Below, piece after piece: positions 19,108 to 29,664 of a stretch of DNA of 64,000 bases; the stretch's first letter is position 1; every line of letters starts with the position of its first letter. This DNA is from an uncultured Candidatus Rokubacteria bacterium. Its GTDB lineage: Bacteria; Methylomirabilota; Methylomirabilia; Rokubacteriales; DASRDR01. The position numbers and the translations under genes are program-made. Below the pieces are notes generated by a model, which was given only the letters and a program-made list of their open reading frames with translations, was not told where the DNA came from and searched no databases. The stretch spans positions 77,178-141,177 of the forward strand of contig CAWEXD010000004.1 in NCBI GenBank assembly GCA_963812945.1, read 5' to 3'.

Positions 19108-19143
19108 GGGGCGCTCGGCCGGGATCTCCCGGACCGAGCGCCC
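19108..19143. terminator. GC-rich perfect hairpin between convergent genes (bidirectional terminator candidate)
   Basis: gggcgctcggccggga-tc-tcccggaccgagcgccc, between enoyl-CoA hydratase stop and the 29-aa peptide stop. Confidence 0.45.
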
Positions 19144-19188
19144 TCGGAAACGGGGGCGACCGGGTCGCGGCCGCTCCCCGTGGGTAGT

Positions 19189-19278
19189 CTACGAGATCTT
19201 CCGCATGGGCTGCCCGCAGCAGGTGCCTGCGCTCTCGGACACGTGCCCACATTTCTCACAGCGGTACTGATTTGCCAT
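19189..19278 (-). CDS. 29-aa Cys-rich peptide (CxxC...CC, TRASH-like metal-binding motif)
   Basis: MANQYRCEKCGHVSESAGTCCGQPMRKIS; ATG preceded by strong SD GAGGAGGTG; last gene of a four-gene small-protein operon. Confidence 0.4.
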   Translation of the reverse strand: MANQYRCEKCGHVSESAGTCCGQPMRKIS

Positions 19279-19295
19279 GGCTTCCCACCTCCTCT

Positions 19296-19640
19296 TCAGT
19301 TGACCTGGATCGCTGTCACGACCTTCTGACCGCCCTTGTTCTCGACGCTCGCCTTCACGATCGCGCCGGCCTTCAGGGTGGCCAGATCGACATTGACCGA
19401 GGCCGGAATCATCAACCGGGTCCCGTCCTCGAGGAGAACCGTCCGGCCAGCGGGATCGATGCTCTTGATCTTCCCGCTGACCTCCCCTTGAGCCGGGCTC
19501 TGCGCTGGCGCTGGCGTCTTCGTCGTCGCTGGCTTCGACGCCGGCGCTGGGGGCGGCCCGGTCTGCGCCCCGACGAGCGAGACGAACACCAGAAGGAACA
19601 CGAGCCACATCCCGATCGCCGCCAAGAGGCTCTCCTTCAT
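19296..19640 (-). CDS. DUF1344-like secreted protein
   Basis: signal peptide, Pro/Ala-rich linker, then GKIKSIDPAGRTVLLEDGTRL...VTAIQV DUF1344-type beta domain. Confidence 0.6.
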   Translation of the reverse strand: MKESLLAAIGMWLVFLLVFVSLVGAQTGPPPAPASKPATTKTPAPAQSPAQGEVSGKIKSIDPAGRTVLLEDGTRLMIPASVNVDLATLKAGAIVKASVENKGGQKVVTAIQVN

Positions 19641-19654
19641 GGCATTCCCCGTGG

Positions 19655-19825
19655 TCAGACGGCTGGCGGCAATCGCCGGGTCCGGGCCATGTGGAACACC
19701 AGGAGCACCACACCCACCAGGAAGAGAACCCAGGCAATCTGCGTGGCCACCTGAGCCACTCCATAGAGCCCGAGAAGCCCGGCCACCAGGCCCACGATCA
19801 GAAACGTGAGCGCCATCGACAGCAT
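19655..19825 (-). CDS. DUF1328-family small membrane protein
   Basis: 56 aa, two TM segments (MLSMALTFLIVGLVAGLLGLYGVAQVATQIAWVLFLVGVVLL); SD GGAGGAGGG 8 nt upstream. Confidence 0.55.
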   Translation of the reverse strand: MLSMALTFLIVGLVAGLLGLYGVAQVATQIAWVLFLVGVVLLVFHMARTRRLPPAV

Positions 19826-19864
19826 CAGCTAACCCTCCTCCGCCAGTCCCGAGCTTCGGGGTGG

Positions 19865-19939
19865 CTACACCACGCCCATGAGCCACAGGATGACGATCAG
19901 ACTGAGCGGCACTCCCAGAAGCCACATGATCAGCGGCAT
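19865..19939 (-). CDS. 24-aa hydrophobic peptide (paralog of 34234..34311)
   Basis: MPLIMWLLGVPLSLIVILWLMGVV; SD AAGGGGGATG; first gene downstream of a sigma-54 promoter. Confidence 0.4.
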   Translation of the reverse strand: MPLIMWLLGVPLSLIVILWLMGVV

Positions 19940-19998
19940 TGCTACATCCCCCTTCTGCGCGTCGTCGCCGGCCGGCTGCCGGCCTTACCTGGAAGTAG

Positions 19999-20014
19999 GG
20001 CAAGACGCGTGCCG
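19999..20014 (-). promoter_or_regulatory. sigma-54 promoter (-24/-12) CGGCAC-N5-TTGCC
   Basis: GG-N10-GC spacing exact; predicted TSS about 60 nt upstream of the 19939 ATG. Confidence 0.55.
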
Positions 20015-20089
20015 GCGGCGGGGGCCTCGTAAATCGGGCTGCTGGCCCGGAATGGCTTGGATTCCTTGGGTCCGATTGGACCGAAGCTC

Positions 20090-20101
20090 GACACGGTGAC
20101 G
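20090..20101. promoter_or_regulatory. UAS half-element GACACGGTGACG (second copy GACACCGCGTCG at 20109..20120)
   Basis: identical to the right arm of 38169..38200; centre 83 nt upstream (minus orientation) of -24 GG of the promoter at 19999..20014. Confidence 0.4.
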
Positions 20102-20140
20102 CGAGGGCGACACCGCGTCGGGAGAAGTGGCTTCATCGCG

Positions 20141-20788
20141 TCAGGCCGCCGGTCGAACGGCCCGGTCTTCCTCGAGCCGTGTCTCGACGCCGGACCAGTC
20201 GATGTTTCGGAAGAACGCCTCGATGTACTGGTCGCGCTCGGTGGCCTTGTAGTCGCGCATGAACGCGTGCTCCCAGACGTCCATGACCAAGAGCGGCTTG
20301 AACCCGGCCGGCACGCCGTCCTGGTGGAGCGTGATCCAGTGATTCGTGAGGCGGTCGCTCATCGGGTCCTGGAAGAGGATCACCCAGCCGACTCCTCGCA
20401 TCTCACCGATGGCCTGGAAGTCGGTGCGCCACCGGTCCACCGACCCGAAAGATCCGGCCAGGGCGGCCGCCAGCCCCGAGCCCGACGGAGGCTTGGGATC
20501 GGCGGCGGCCCGAAGGTTGCCGAAGTAGTACTCGTGCAGGATCATCCCGTTGTACTCGAAACCCAGGCGGCGCGTCGGCTCGGCAAACTCGGGACTCTTC
20601 CCGGATGCCTTGCCCTTCGCGAGCATCTCGGCCAGCTCCTCGTTGAGGGCGTTGACCTGCTTGACGTACCCCGCGTACAGGGTGAGATGCTCCGCGACTT
20701 GAGCGTCCGAGATCCCGTCCAGGCCTTTGAGTTCGAATTCCTGCTTCCGGTAGGCCTTCGGAGTCTTGGGAGCGGTCTTGGCTGTCAT
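20141..20788 (-). CDS. sod: Fe/Mn superoxide dismutase
   Basis: ATG preceded by GGAAGGAGG; Fe/Mn-SOD signature region DVWEHAF.RDY and conserved His/Asp ligand positions. Confidence 0.9.
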   Translation of the reverse strand: MTAKTAPKTPKAYRKQEFELKGLDGISDAQVAEHLTLYAGYVKQVNALNEELAEMLAKGKASGKSPEFAEPTRRLGFEYNGMILHEYYFGNLRAAADPKPPSGSGLAAALAGSFGSVDRWRTDFQAIGEMRGVGWVILFQDPMSDRLTNHWITLHQDGVPAGFKPLLVMDVWEHAFMRDYKATERDQYIEAFFRNIDWSGVETRLEEDRAVRPAA

Positions 20789-20900
20789 CGACGTCCTCCT
20801 TCCAGAACGATGAGTCGAGTCGGACGGGACAGGGCCCGGGGCGCCTGCCGGCGCGTCCGGGCCCTGCGAGGCCGCGGGTCGTTCCTCTCGATGCTGAGCG

Positions 20901-21599
20901 TCAGCCCTGAACCTTGAGGTTGTTGACCACGCGGCGCACACCCTCGACCTGCTGCGCAAGCTCGGTCGCACGCTGTCGTGTCTTGTCGCTGTCGACGGTG
21001 CCGTTCAGCTGCACGATGCCCTGCTTCGTGTCGACGTCGACCTTAAGCAGGGTGGCCGGCGACACCCCGGCGAGCCTCGTCTTCACCGCTGCGGTGATCG
21101 ACGCGTCGCTCCACGCCTTGCTGACTTCCTTGCCCCAGTCTCGGTCATTCGGATCCGGGTACTTGTCCGCCGTGAAGCTCGGTGACCGCTCGAGAGCCTC
21201 CTTCGTCACGTCGACGTGGACCGTCCGCTTCTCGCGGTCGAGAATCACCGCGTTCCAGGGCACGGCGAAGAGCTTGTCGCCGACGCCGAGGAACCCGCCG
21301 AACGACACCACGGCGTAGGCCACGTTCCCCTTGTAGTCGACAAGCAGATCCTCGATTTTCCCCGCGTCCTTGCCGGCCAGATCCTTGACGCCGCTCCCCA
21401 CCACCGAGCTGGCCCGGTAGAGACCCGTGTGCTCGGCGAAGCGTTTCGTGTTGGTGATCGGCTCGGCGCTCTTGGACACCTGCCCCGCGACAGACTTGGG
21501 CGCTGCGGGCTTGGATGCCGACTGGGCGCTCGCGTCCGTCATCCCCAGTGCGCCGCCAAGCGCCACCGCGGTGACGAAGGCGCAAACTCGGGTCTTCAT
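20901..21599 (-). CDS. PRC-barrel plus BON domain secreted protein
   Basis: signal peptide; PRC-barrel-like middle; C-terminal BON domain nearly identical in pattern to 36992..37297 (..ATL.KVDVDT..G.V.L.G.V....I.ARATELAQ.V.GVR.VVNNLKVQ). Confidence 0.7.
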   Translation of the reverse strand: MKTRVCAFVTAVALGGALGMTDASAQSASKPAAPKSVAGQVSKSAEPITNTKRFAEHTGLYRASSVVGSGVKDLAGKDAGKIEDLLVDYKGNVAYAVVSFGGFLGVGDKLFAVPWNAVILDREKRTVHVDVTKEALERSPSFTADKYPDPNDRDWGKEVSKAWSDASITAAVKTRLAGVSPATLLKVDVDTKQGIVQLNGTVDSDKTRQRATELAQQVEGVRRVVNNLKVQG

Positions 21600-21649
21600 G
21601 ATGCGTCGACCTCCCTCGGGTTTTCGTTGAGGAACCTGTCGACGAGACG

Positions 21650-21665
21650 AGCAATGACGATGCCA
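21650..21665 (-). promoter_or_regulatory. sigma-54 promoter TGGCAT-N5-TTGCT
   Basis: predicted TSS about 40 nt upstream of the PRC/BON gene ATG 21599. Confidence 0.6.
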
Positions 21666-21805
21666 GGGCCGGCGGGCGGGGACCCCGTGCGCGAAACGGC
21701 GCGCGAGAGGCGAGACGTGCGATCCGCAGAGGTGCCAGGCTGTCAGGGGCGCGACGTCGCGTCGCGAAGGCCGGCCCGATCGAGGCGCCCGATCGAGACG
21801 AAGGA

Positions 21806-22282
21806 TCAGGCCGAGGGCGCGATCTCCCGGGCTACTCGCTGCAGCAGCTCCATGAACGGCTCGATCCTGAGCGGCTTGACCAGGTGCGCGTCGAATCCCG
21901 TGTCGCCGGCCAGCGCGCGGTCCTCGACTTCGTGATATCCGGTCAGGGCGATCAGGAACATCGGGGCACCTGCCAATCCTTCCCGGATCCGGCGGGCGAC
22001 GGCGTAGCCGTCGAGGCCCGGCAACCCGATGTCGATCACCGCCACGGCCGGGCGGTGGGCCAGCGCGTGCGCGACACCCCCGTCGCCGTCGGCTGCCTCG
22101 CTGACCGCGCACCCCCACATCTCCAGCAGCATCCGGAGAGCCCCGCGCGCGTCGTTGTCATCCTCCACGACGAGGACACGTAGCCGCCCGGCAGCCGACT
22201 CCAAGGCGGCGGAAGCGACGGTGCGCGGATCCTGAGGTGTCAATTCGGACGTCACTCTACGGGGGGCTCCGGTGGAGGTCAA
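21806..22282 (-). CDS. single-domain response regulator (CheY-like receiver)
   Basis: RVLVVEDD...DIGLPGLDG...KP receiver motifs; start uncertain (TTG at 22282 or internal GTG). Confidence 0.6.
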   Translation of the reverse strand: MTSTGAPRRVTSELTPQDPRTVASAALESAAGRLRVLVVEDDNDARGALRMLLEMWGCAVSEAADGDGGVAHALAHRPAVAVIDIGLPGLDGYAVARRIREGLAGAPMFLIALTGYHEVEDRALAGDTGFDAHLVKPLRIEPFMELLQRVAREIAPSA

Positions 22283-22462
22283 GTCTGCGACGGTTCACCC
22301 CCCGCGTTCCCCCCACCCGCGCCAGGCTGACGCGGGGACGACACCGTGACGCGCCGGGCCCGGATGGCCGCCTCGGTTCGGCGGCGGGGCCTTCGCGTGT
22401 CCGCCAGGGTCCGCCGGGTCCACGTGAAGGTGCTCTCGGCCGGCGCCTGGTATGCCGGCCCC

Positions 22463-22478
22463 TGGTATGGAAGTTGCC
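22463..22478 (+). promoter_or_regulatory. sigma-54-like promoter TGGTAT-N5-TTGCC
   Basis: GG-N10-GC; predicted TSS about 22489, 42 nt before the TTG/GGAG start of treZ; three GGTATG repeats in 22448..22490. Confidence 0.4.
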
Positions 22479-22530
22479 CCCCCGGTATGCCGTGCCCAGG
22501 CTCAGTGGCTCAACTCCGGGCTGGAGACGC

Positions 22531-24372
22531 TTGCCCATCGGAGCGGAGGTCGCCCCGGAGGGTGGCGTCCACTTCCGGGTCTGGGCGCCGCACGCCGCGC
22601 GGGTCGAGGTCGATTTGGGCGACCAGCGCGTCGCCCTCGATGCGGAGCGCGGGGGGTACCATGCGGGTCTCGCCCCGGGGGCACAGGCGGGCTCGCGGTA
22701 CGCCTACCGGCTCGATGGGGGCCGAGGGTACCCCGACCCGGCATCCCGCTTTCAGCCCGAGGGCCCGCACGGGCCCTCGGAGGTGATCGATCCCGGTCGA
22801 TTCGCGTGGACCGATGACCGCTGGTCGGGCGTGTCGCGCGAGGGCCAGGTCCTGTACGAGATGCACGTCGGAACGTTCACCGCCGCCGGGACGTGGGAGG
22901 CGGCGGCCCGTGAGCTGCCGGAATTGGGGCGGGCGGGCATCACGGTCGTGGAGGTGATGCCCGTGGCCGACTTCGTGGGCGACTTCGGCTGGGGGTACGA
23001 CGGGGTCGATCTGTTCGCCCCCACGCGGCTCTACGGGCGCCCGGACGACTTCCGGGCCTTCGTCGACCGCGCCCACGCGCTCGGTCTTGGCGTCATCTTG
23101 GACGTCGTCTACAACCACCTCGGCCCGGACGGGAACTACCTTGGCCAGTTCGCTCCCGGCTACTTCAGCACCCGGCACCGGACGGACTGGGGCCAGGCGA
23201 TTAACTTCGACGGGGCTCGCTCGGGGCCGGTGCGGGAGCTCTTCGTCGCCAACGCCGGGTATTGGGTCGAGGAGTTCCACCTGGACGGGCTCCGGCTCGA
23301 TGCCACGCAGGACATCCACGACGACTCCCCCGAGCACGTCATCACCGCCATCGCGCGGCGCGCGCGCGAGCGGGCTGGCCGGCGGACGGTGTGGCTGGTG
23401 GCCGAGAACGAGCCGCAGGACACGAGGCTCGTGCGCTCCGTCGAGGCAGGCGGGTACGGTCTGGACGCCCTCTGGAACGACGACTTCCATCACAGCGCCA
23501 TGGTTGCCCTGACCGGCCGGGCCGAGGCGTACTACAGCGACTACGCCGGGACCCCGCAGGAGCTGATCTCGGCCGTCAAGCGCGGGTACCTCTACCAGGG
23601 CCAGCGCTACGCGTGGCAGGACGAGCCGCGAGGCACGCCGGCGTGGGACGTTCCGCCGGTGGCCTTCGTGAACTTCCTCCAGAACCACGACCAGGTGGCC
23701 AACTCGCTCGCCGGCCTGCGCGGTCATCAGCTGGCCAGCCCCGGGCGATACCGGGCCCTGACGGCCCTCCTCCTGCTGGCCCCCGCCACGCCCATGCTGT
23801 TCCAGGGCCAGGAGTTCGCCGCCTCGAGCCCCTTTCTCTACTTCGCCGACCTGCCGCCCGAGCTGGCGAAGCTGTCTCGGGCCGGACGGGCCGAGTTCCT
23901 CGCCCAGTTTCCAAGCCTCGCAGGGGCCGAGGCCCAGGCAGCCCTGGCCGACCCGGCCAGCCGCCTCACGTTCGAGCGGTCGAAGCTGGATCTGACCGAG
24001 CGCGCGCGCCACGCTGACGCCTATGCCCTGCACGTCGATCTGCTCCGCCTGCGGCGCGAAGACCCCGTCTTCCAGACGCAGGGAGCCGCCGGCGTGGACG
24101 GGGCCGTACTCGGGGCCGAGGCGCTCGCTCTCAGGTTCGTCGACCCCGACCCCGGTCCGCACGATCGGCTGCTCTGTCTCAACCTGGGACGCGACCTGAC
24201 GCTGCCGGCCGTCGCGGAGCCGCTGCTCGCGCCGCCCGAGGGCGCACGGTGGACCCTCCTCTGGTCCAGCGAGGCCGTCCGCTATGGCGGCAGCGGCACG
24301 CCCGAGCTCGACCCGGCCGCGGGCTGGTTCTTGCCCGGCCATGCCGCCCTCGTCTTCGGCGCCACGCGATGA
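22531..24372 (+). CDS. treZ: malto-oligosyltrehalose trehalohydrolase (GH13)
   Basis: N-terminus GVHFRVWAP..VEV pattern and GH13 catalytic regions; TTG at 22531 with GGAG 7 nt upstream, chosen because a sigma-54-like promoter predicts a transcription start near 22489; GTG at 22492 is the alternative. Confidence 0.75.
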   Translation: MPIGAEVAPEGGVHFRVWAPHAARVEVDLGDQRVALDAERGGYHAGLAPGAQAGSRYAYRLDGGRGYPDPASRFQPEGPHGPSEVIDPGRFAWTDDRWSGVSREGQVLYEMHVGTFTAAGTWEAAARELPELGRAGITVVEVMPVADFVGDFGWGYDGVDLFAPTRLYGRPDDFRAFVDRAHALGLGVILDVVYNHLGPDGNYLGQFAPGYFSTRHRTDWGQAINFDGARSGPVRELFVANAGYWVEEFHLDGLRLDATQDIHDDSPEHVITAIARRARERAGRRTVWLVAENEPQDTRLVRSVEAGGYGLDALWNDDFHHSAMVALTGRAEAYYSDYAGTPQELISAVKRGYLYQGQRYAWQDEPRGTPAWDVPPVAFVNFLQNHDQVANSLAGLRGHQLASPGRYRALTALLLLAPATPMLFQGQEFAASSPFLYFADLPPELAKLSRAGRAEFLAQFPSLAGAEAQAALADPASRLTFERSKLDLTERARHADAYALHVDLLRLRREDPVFQTQGAAGVDGAVLGAEALALRFVDPDPGPHDRLLCLNLGRDLTLPAVAEPLLAPPEGARWTLLWSSEAVRYGGSGTPELDPAAGWFLPGHAALVFGATR

Positions 24373-26456
24373 GCGATCCGATCCGCCGCATCGCCTGGCC
24401 CGGCCGCACCGCCCCCGAGGGGACCGGGCTCGGGACTCGGGAATGGCTCGTGACCAACGGGCTCGGCGGCTACGCTTCGGGCACCGTGTCCACCGTCATG
24501 ACTCGGCGCTATCACGGGCTCCTGATCGCGGCCCTGCCCGCCCCGCTCGGGCGGATGCTGATGCTGAGTCACCTGGACGAGCAGCTGTCCCTGCCCGACG
24601 GCACGGTCGCGGCCACGGCGACCGGCTGGGAGGTCAGCGGGGCCGGCAAGCCGATCGAGGTCGCGGATCTCGCCGAGTTCCGACTGGAGATGGGCCTTCC
24701 GGTGTGGCGCTACGAGCTGGGCGAGGTCGCCTTCGAGAAACGGCTCCTCCTCCCCTATCGCCAGAACACGGTTCACGTGAGCTACCGGCTGGTCGAGGGC
24801 TCGGAACCCATTCGGCTGCAGATCCGGCCGGCGGTCCACTTTCGGCCGCACGAGCAGCCCGTGAACGCCTCGCTGGCGGCGCCCTACGCGCTCACGGTCG
24901 TCGACGACCGGTACGAGCTGCAAGGAAGCCCGGGGCTGCCGCGGCTCCGACTTCGGATGCACAGCCCGGCCGCCACCTTTCACGTCGCCTGCGAGACGAT
25001 CCGGCAGGTCCTGTATTCCATGGAGCGCAGCCGCGGCTACGAGGCGACCGGCGATCTCTGGAGCCCCGGCTACTTCGTGGTCACCCTCGGGCCGGAGGGG
25101 CCCGCCACCCTGGTGGCGTCCACCGAGCCCTGGGAAGCCATGGACGCGCTCGATCCGGAGACCGCGCTGCGGGCCGAGCTGACCCGGCGGCGCCGCCTCC
25201 GGGCGGTGGCCCACCCGCACGCGCGCACGGGCACGGCGGCCGAGCTCGTCCTGGCCGCCGACCAGTTCGTCGTGGCGCCGGCCGGCCGGGTGGCGGACAC
25301 CGCAATCACTCGCGCCACGGGCGACGAGGCGCGCACGATCATCGCGGGCTACCACTGGTTCACGGACTGGGGGCGCGACACGATGATCGCCCTCGAGGGC
25401 CTCACCCTCGTGACGGGCCGTCACGTCGAGGCCGGCTACATCCTGCGCACGTTCGCGCTCTACGTGCGGGACGGCCTGATCCCGAACATGTTCCCCGAGG
25501 GCACGCGCGAAGGGCTCTACCACACGGCGGACGCCACGTTCTGGTACTTCCACGCGATCGATCGCTACCTCCGCGCGACCGGCGATCGCGAGACGCTCCG
25601 CCTGCTTCTTCCGACGCTGCTCGAGATCGTCGAGCGCCACGTGCGGGGCACCCGGTTCGGCATCGCCGTGGATCCGGCGGACGGCCTCCTGCGGCAGGGC
25701 GCGCCCGGCTATCAGCTCACGTGGATGGACGCCAAGGTCGAGGACTGGGTCGTGACCCCGCGGCGCGGGAAAGCGGTGGAGATCAACGCGCTCTGGTACA
25801 ACGCCCTCCGCCTCCTCGAGGGGTGGGTCCGCGAGGAACGCGGGATCGAGGCGTCGGCGGCCCTGGCCGAGCGGGCGGACCAGGTGCGCGCCGCCTTCAA
25901 CGCGCGCTTCTGGCATGCAGGGGGCGGCCATCTCTACGACGTGGTCGACGGCGAGGGCGGCGACGACGCCGCCTGCCGGCCCAACCAGCTCTTCGCGATC
26001 TCGCTGCGGCATCCGGTCCTGGACGAGGCGCGATGGACGTCGGTCATGACGGTGGTCCAGGAGCGCCTCCTCACGCCGGTGGGGCTTCGCACCCTCGCGC
26101 CGGACCATCCCGACTACAAGGCGACGTATGACGGTGATCTCCGGGCCCGCGACGCCGCCTACCATCAGGGCACGGTCTGGCCCTGGCTGATCGGCCCGTT
26201 CGTGGAGGCGTGGCTCCGTGTCCACCCCACGGACCGCGCGAGAACGCGAGCGCTTTTGGAGCGGTTCACGTCGCATCTCGACGAGGCCTGCGTGGGCAGC
26301 GTCAGCGAGATCTTCGACGCCGAGGTCCCCTTCACGCCCCGCGGGTGCATCTCCCAGGGCTGGAGCGTGGCCGAGGTGCTCCGCGCCCTCATCCTCACGG
26401 CCGAATCGGGGCCACCGGATCCGCCGGCGCCGCCCCGGGAGGGAGGACAGCCATGA
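24369..26456 (+). CDS. glycogen debranching enzyme, amylo-alpha-1,6-glucosidase type (GDE N-domain plus (alpha/alpha)6 catalytic domain)
   Basis: ATG overlaps treZ stop (ATGA); GYHWFTDWGRDT and other GDE_C signatures. Confidence 0.8.
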   Translation: MSDPIRRIAWPGRTAPEGTGLGTREWLVTNGLGGYASGTVSTVMTRRYHGLLIAALPAPLGRMLMLSHLDEQLSLPDGTVAATATGWEVSGAGKPIEVADLAEFRLEMGLPVWRYELGEVAFEKRLLLPYRQNTVHVSYRLVEGSEPIRLQIRPAVHFRPHEQPVNASLAAPYALTVVDDRYELQGSPGLPRLRLRMHSPAATFHVACETIRQVLYSMERSRGYEATGDLWSPGYFVVTLGPEGPATLVASTEPWEAMDALDPETALRAELTRRRRLRAVAHPHARTGTAAELVLAADQFVVAPAGRVADTAITRATGDEARTIIAGYHWFTDWGRDTMIALEGLTLVTGRHVEAGYILRTFALYVRDGLIPNMFPEGTREGLYHTADATFWYFHAIDRYLRATGDRETLRLLLPTLLEIVERHVRGTRFGIAVDPADGLLRQGAPGYQLTWMDAKVEDWVVTPRRGKAVEINALWYNALRLLEGWVREERGIEASAALAERADQVRAAFNARFWHAGGGHLYDVVDGEGGDDAACRPNQLFAISLRHPVLDEARWTSVMTVVQERLLTPVGLRTLAPDHPDYKATYDGDLRARDAAYHQGTVWPWLIGPFVEAWLRVHPTDRARTRALLERFTSHLDEACVGSVSEIFDAEVPFTPRGCISQGWSVAEVLRALILTAESGPPDPPAPPREGGQP

Positions 26457-26830
26457 CCCAGACGATCGCCCGCGTGTTCGGCATCGTGTTCCTGCTCGTC
26501 GGGCTCCTCGGCTTCGTCACGACCCCCTTCTCGATGGAGGGCGGGCTCCTCCTGGGTCTCTTCCCCGTCAACGTCCTGCACAACCTCGTGCACCTGATCT
26601 TCGGCGCGTGGGGCCTGCTCGCGGGCAGGACCTTCGCCGGCGCCACCGCGTACTGCCGGATCGCCGGGATCGCGTACATCGCGCTGGCCGTGGTCGGTTT
26701 CCTGACGCCGACGGGGTTCGGCCTCGTTCCCCTGGGCGGGCATGACGTCTGGCTCCACGCGATCCTCGGCGTCATCCTCACGGCCGGCGGGTTCCTCGAC
26801 CAAACCCGTCCCGTGCCGATCCGTCACTGA
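26453..26830 (+). CDS. DUF4383-family membrane protein
   Basis: ATG overlaps GDE stop; SD GGGAGGGAGG; 125 aa, four hydrophobic segments, NVLHNLVHL motif. Confidence 0.6.
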   Translation: MTQTIARVFGIVFLLVGLLGFVTTPFSMEGGLLLGLFPVNVLHNLVHLIFGAWGLLAGRTFAGATAYCRIAGIAYIALAVVGFLTPTGFGLVPLGGHDVWLHAILGVILTAGGFLDQTRPVPIRH

Positions 26831-26867
26831 GCCGGCCTCCGTGAGCGCCCGCTCGCCACAGGTGCCC

Positions 26868-28133
26868 ATGACCCATTCCCCTCGTGACGGCGCCCCCGAG
26901 CTCCCGGCGGCCCGGGCCAACGAGTCGAACGCGCGCCGGCCGATCCGGGCCGGACAAGGGACTGCCGGCCGCGACGCGCACGCGCGCTCGGTGGCGTGGC
27001 GGTATGGCTCGGCGGTCGCGTCGGTGGCGGCCTGCCTGGTCGTCTCGCGCCTCCTGGATTCTCTTACCGCCGACTGGGCAGCCCCGGTCCTCTTGTTCTT
27101 CGTGCCGGTGATGTTCAGCGCATGGCACGGTGGCCTTGGCCCGGGGCTCCTCGCGACCGGGTCCGCCGCCGGCCTCATCGCCTACGGCTTCGTGGCGGGC
27201 ACCGGGGCGCTGCGCATGCCGACTCTCGGCCAGATGACCGGGCTCGCGCTGTTCATCGCGGAGGGGTGCCTCGTCACGTACCTGGCCGCGCGCGCCTACC
27301 AGGCCACCGAGAGCCGCCGGCTGTACCAAGAGGCGCAGGAGGCCAACCGGCTGCGGGACGCCTTCCTGGACACGGTCTCGCACGAGCTCCGAGCGCCGCT
27401 GTCCACGATCATCGGTTGGACGCAGGTGCTGCGGAAGGCGGCCGCCGATCGGGAGACGACCGTCAAGGCTCTGGAGAGCATCGAGCGCAGCGTGCGCGTC
27501 CAGACGAAGCTCATCGACGATCTGCTCGATCTCTCCCGCATGCTCTCCGGACGCCTCGAGCTCGAGGTCCAGGCGGTCGAGCTGGTGCCCCTGATCACCG
27601 CCGTCGCCGAGACGGTCCGGACCGCTGCCGTGGCCAAGGCGATCCGGCTCGACATCTCCCTAGACCCCGACGCCGGGCCGATCTCGGGCGACCCAGCGCG
27701 CCTCCAGCAGATCGTCTCGACGCTCGTCTCGAATGCGGTCAGGGTCACGCCGGCGAGCGGCACCGTCCGGCTTCGTCTCCAGGGCCGGGGCCAGGCGGCC
27801 GAGATCGCGGTGAGCGACACGGGCCCCGGAACCGCGCCCGAGCTCCTTCCAGACCTCTTCGAGGTGTTCCGCCGGATCGACGGACCGTGGACCCGCCAGC
27901 GCGGAGATCTGGGGCTCGGCCTGGCGATCGCCCGCCACCTGACCGAGCTTCACGGCGGAACCATCCAGGTGGAGAGCCCCGGGGTCGGGTGGGGCGCCAC
28001 GTTCACGCTGCGCTTCCCGGTCGTGGTCCCCGGAGACGGTCCGGGCCGCCTCGCGCCCACGGGGCCGGACGAGAGCCGTGAGAGCACGGCCCGCCCGCTC
28101 CCCCGGGAGTCCCTCGGGCCGCCGACTTCCTGA
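26868..28133 (+). CDS. sensor histidine kinase with N-terminal membrane sensor domain (KdpD-type DUF4118-like)
   Basis: HisKA H-box SHELRAPL, N/G1/G2 HATPase boxes (DTGPG..G.GLGL). Confidence 0.8.
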   Translation: MTHSPRDGAPELPAARANESNARRPIRAGQGTAGRDAHARSVAWRYGSAVASVAACLVVSRLLDSLTADWAAPVLLFFVPVMFSAWHGGLGPGLLATGSAAGLIAYGFVAGTGALRMPTLGQMTGLALFIAEGCLVTYLAARAYQATESRRLYQEAQEANRLRDAFLDTVSHELRAPLSTIIGWTQVLRKAAADRETTVKALESIERSVRVQTKLIDDLLDLSRMLSGRLELEVQAVELVPLITAVAETVRTAAVAKAIRLDISLDPDAGPISGDPARLQQIVSTLVSNAVRVTPASGTVRLRLQGRGQAAEIAVSDTGPGTAPELLPDLFEVFRRIDGPWTRQRGDLGLGLAIARHLTELHGGTIQVESPGVGWGATFTLRFPVVVPGDGPGRLAPTGPDESRESTARPLPRESLGPPTS

Positions 28134-28296
28134 CGCACTTGAGGTCGGACGTGCTAGTGTCCGACATCGGGATGCCGGAAGCGGATGGCGACCGCCCGAT
28201 CCCGGCGTGTGCGGACCTGGGGCCCGACCGTCGTGGTCTGGTCTCGAGGGCCCACGTGGTGGCCTGCGTGACGGCGGTCGGCCGGCCGGGGTCAGC

Positions 28297-29589
<1,293 letters not shown>

Positions 29590-29597
29590 CCGGAAAC

Positions 29598-29644
29598 AGC
29601 CTCGCCGTCCGGCTCTTCAACCGAAGAGGCCGGACGGCGAGGCT
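29598..29644. terminator. 16-bp stem hairpin between convergent genes
   Basis: agcctcgccgtccggc / gccggacggcgaggct with 15-nt loop, between 29589 and 29665. Confidence 0.5.
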
Positions 29645-29664
29645 CCCCAATCCGCGGCAGGCGC

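Noticed and set aside
24284-26131. Alternative-frame 615-aa ORF inside the GDE gene
   Set aside because: It gives an RG/PA-rich low-complexity translation in the same direction as a well-supported enzyme ORF, so it is an overlapping-frame artefact.
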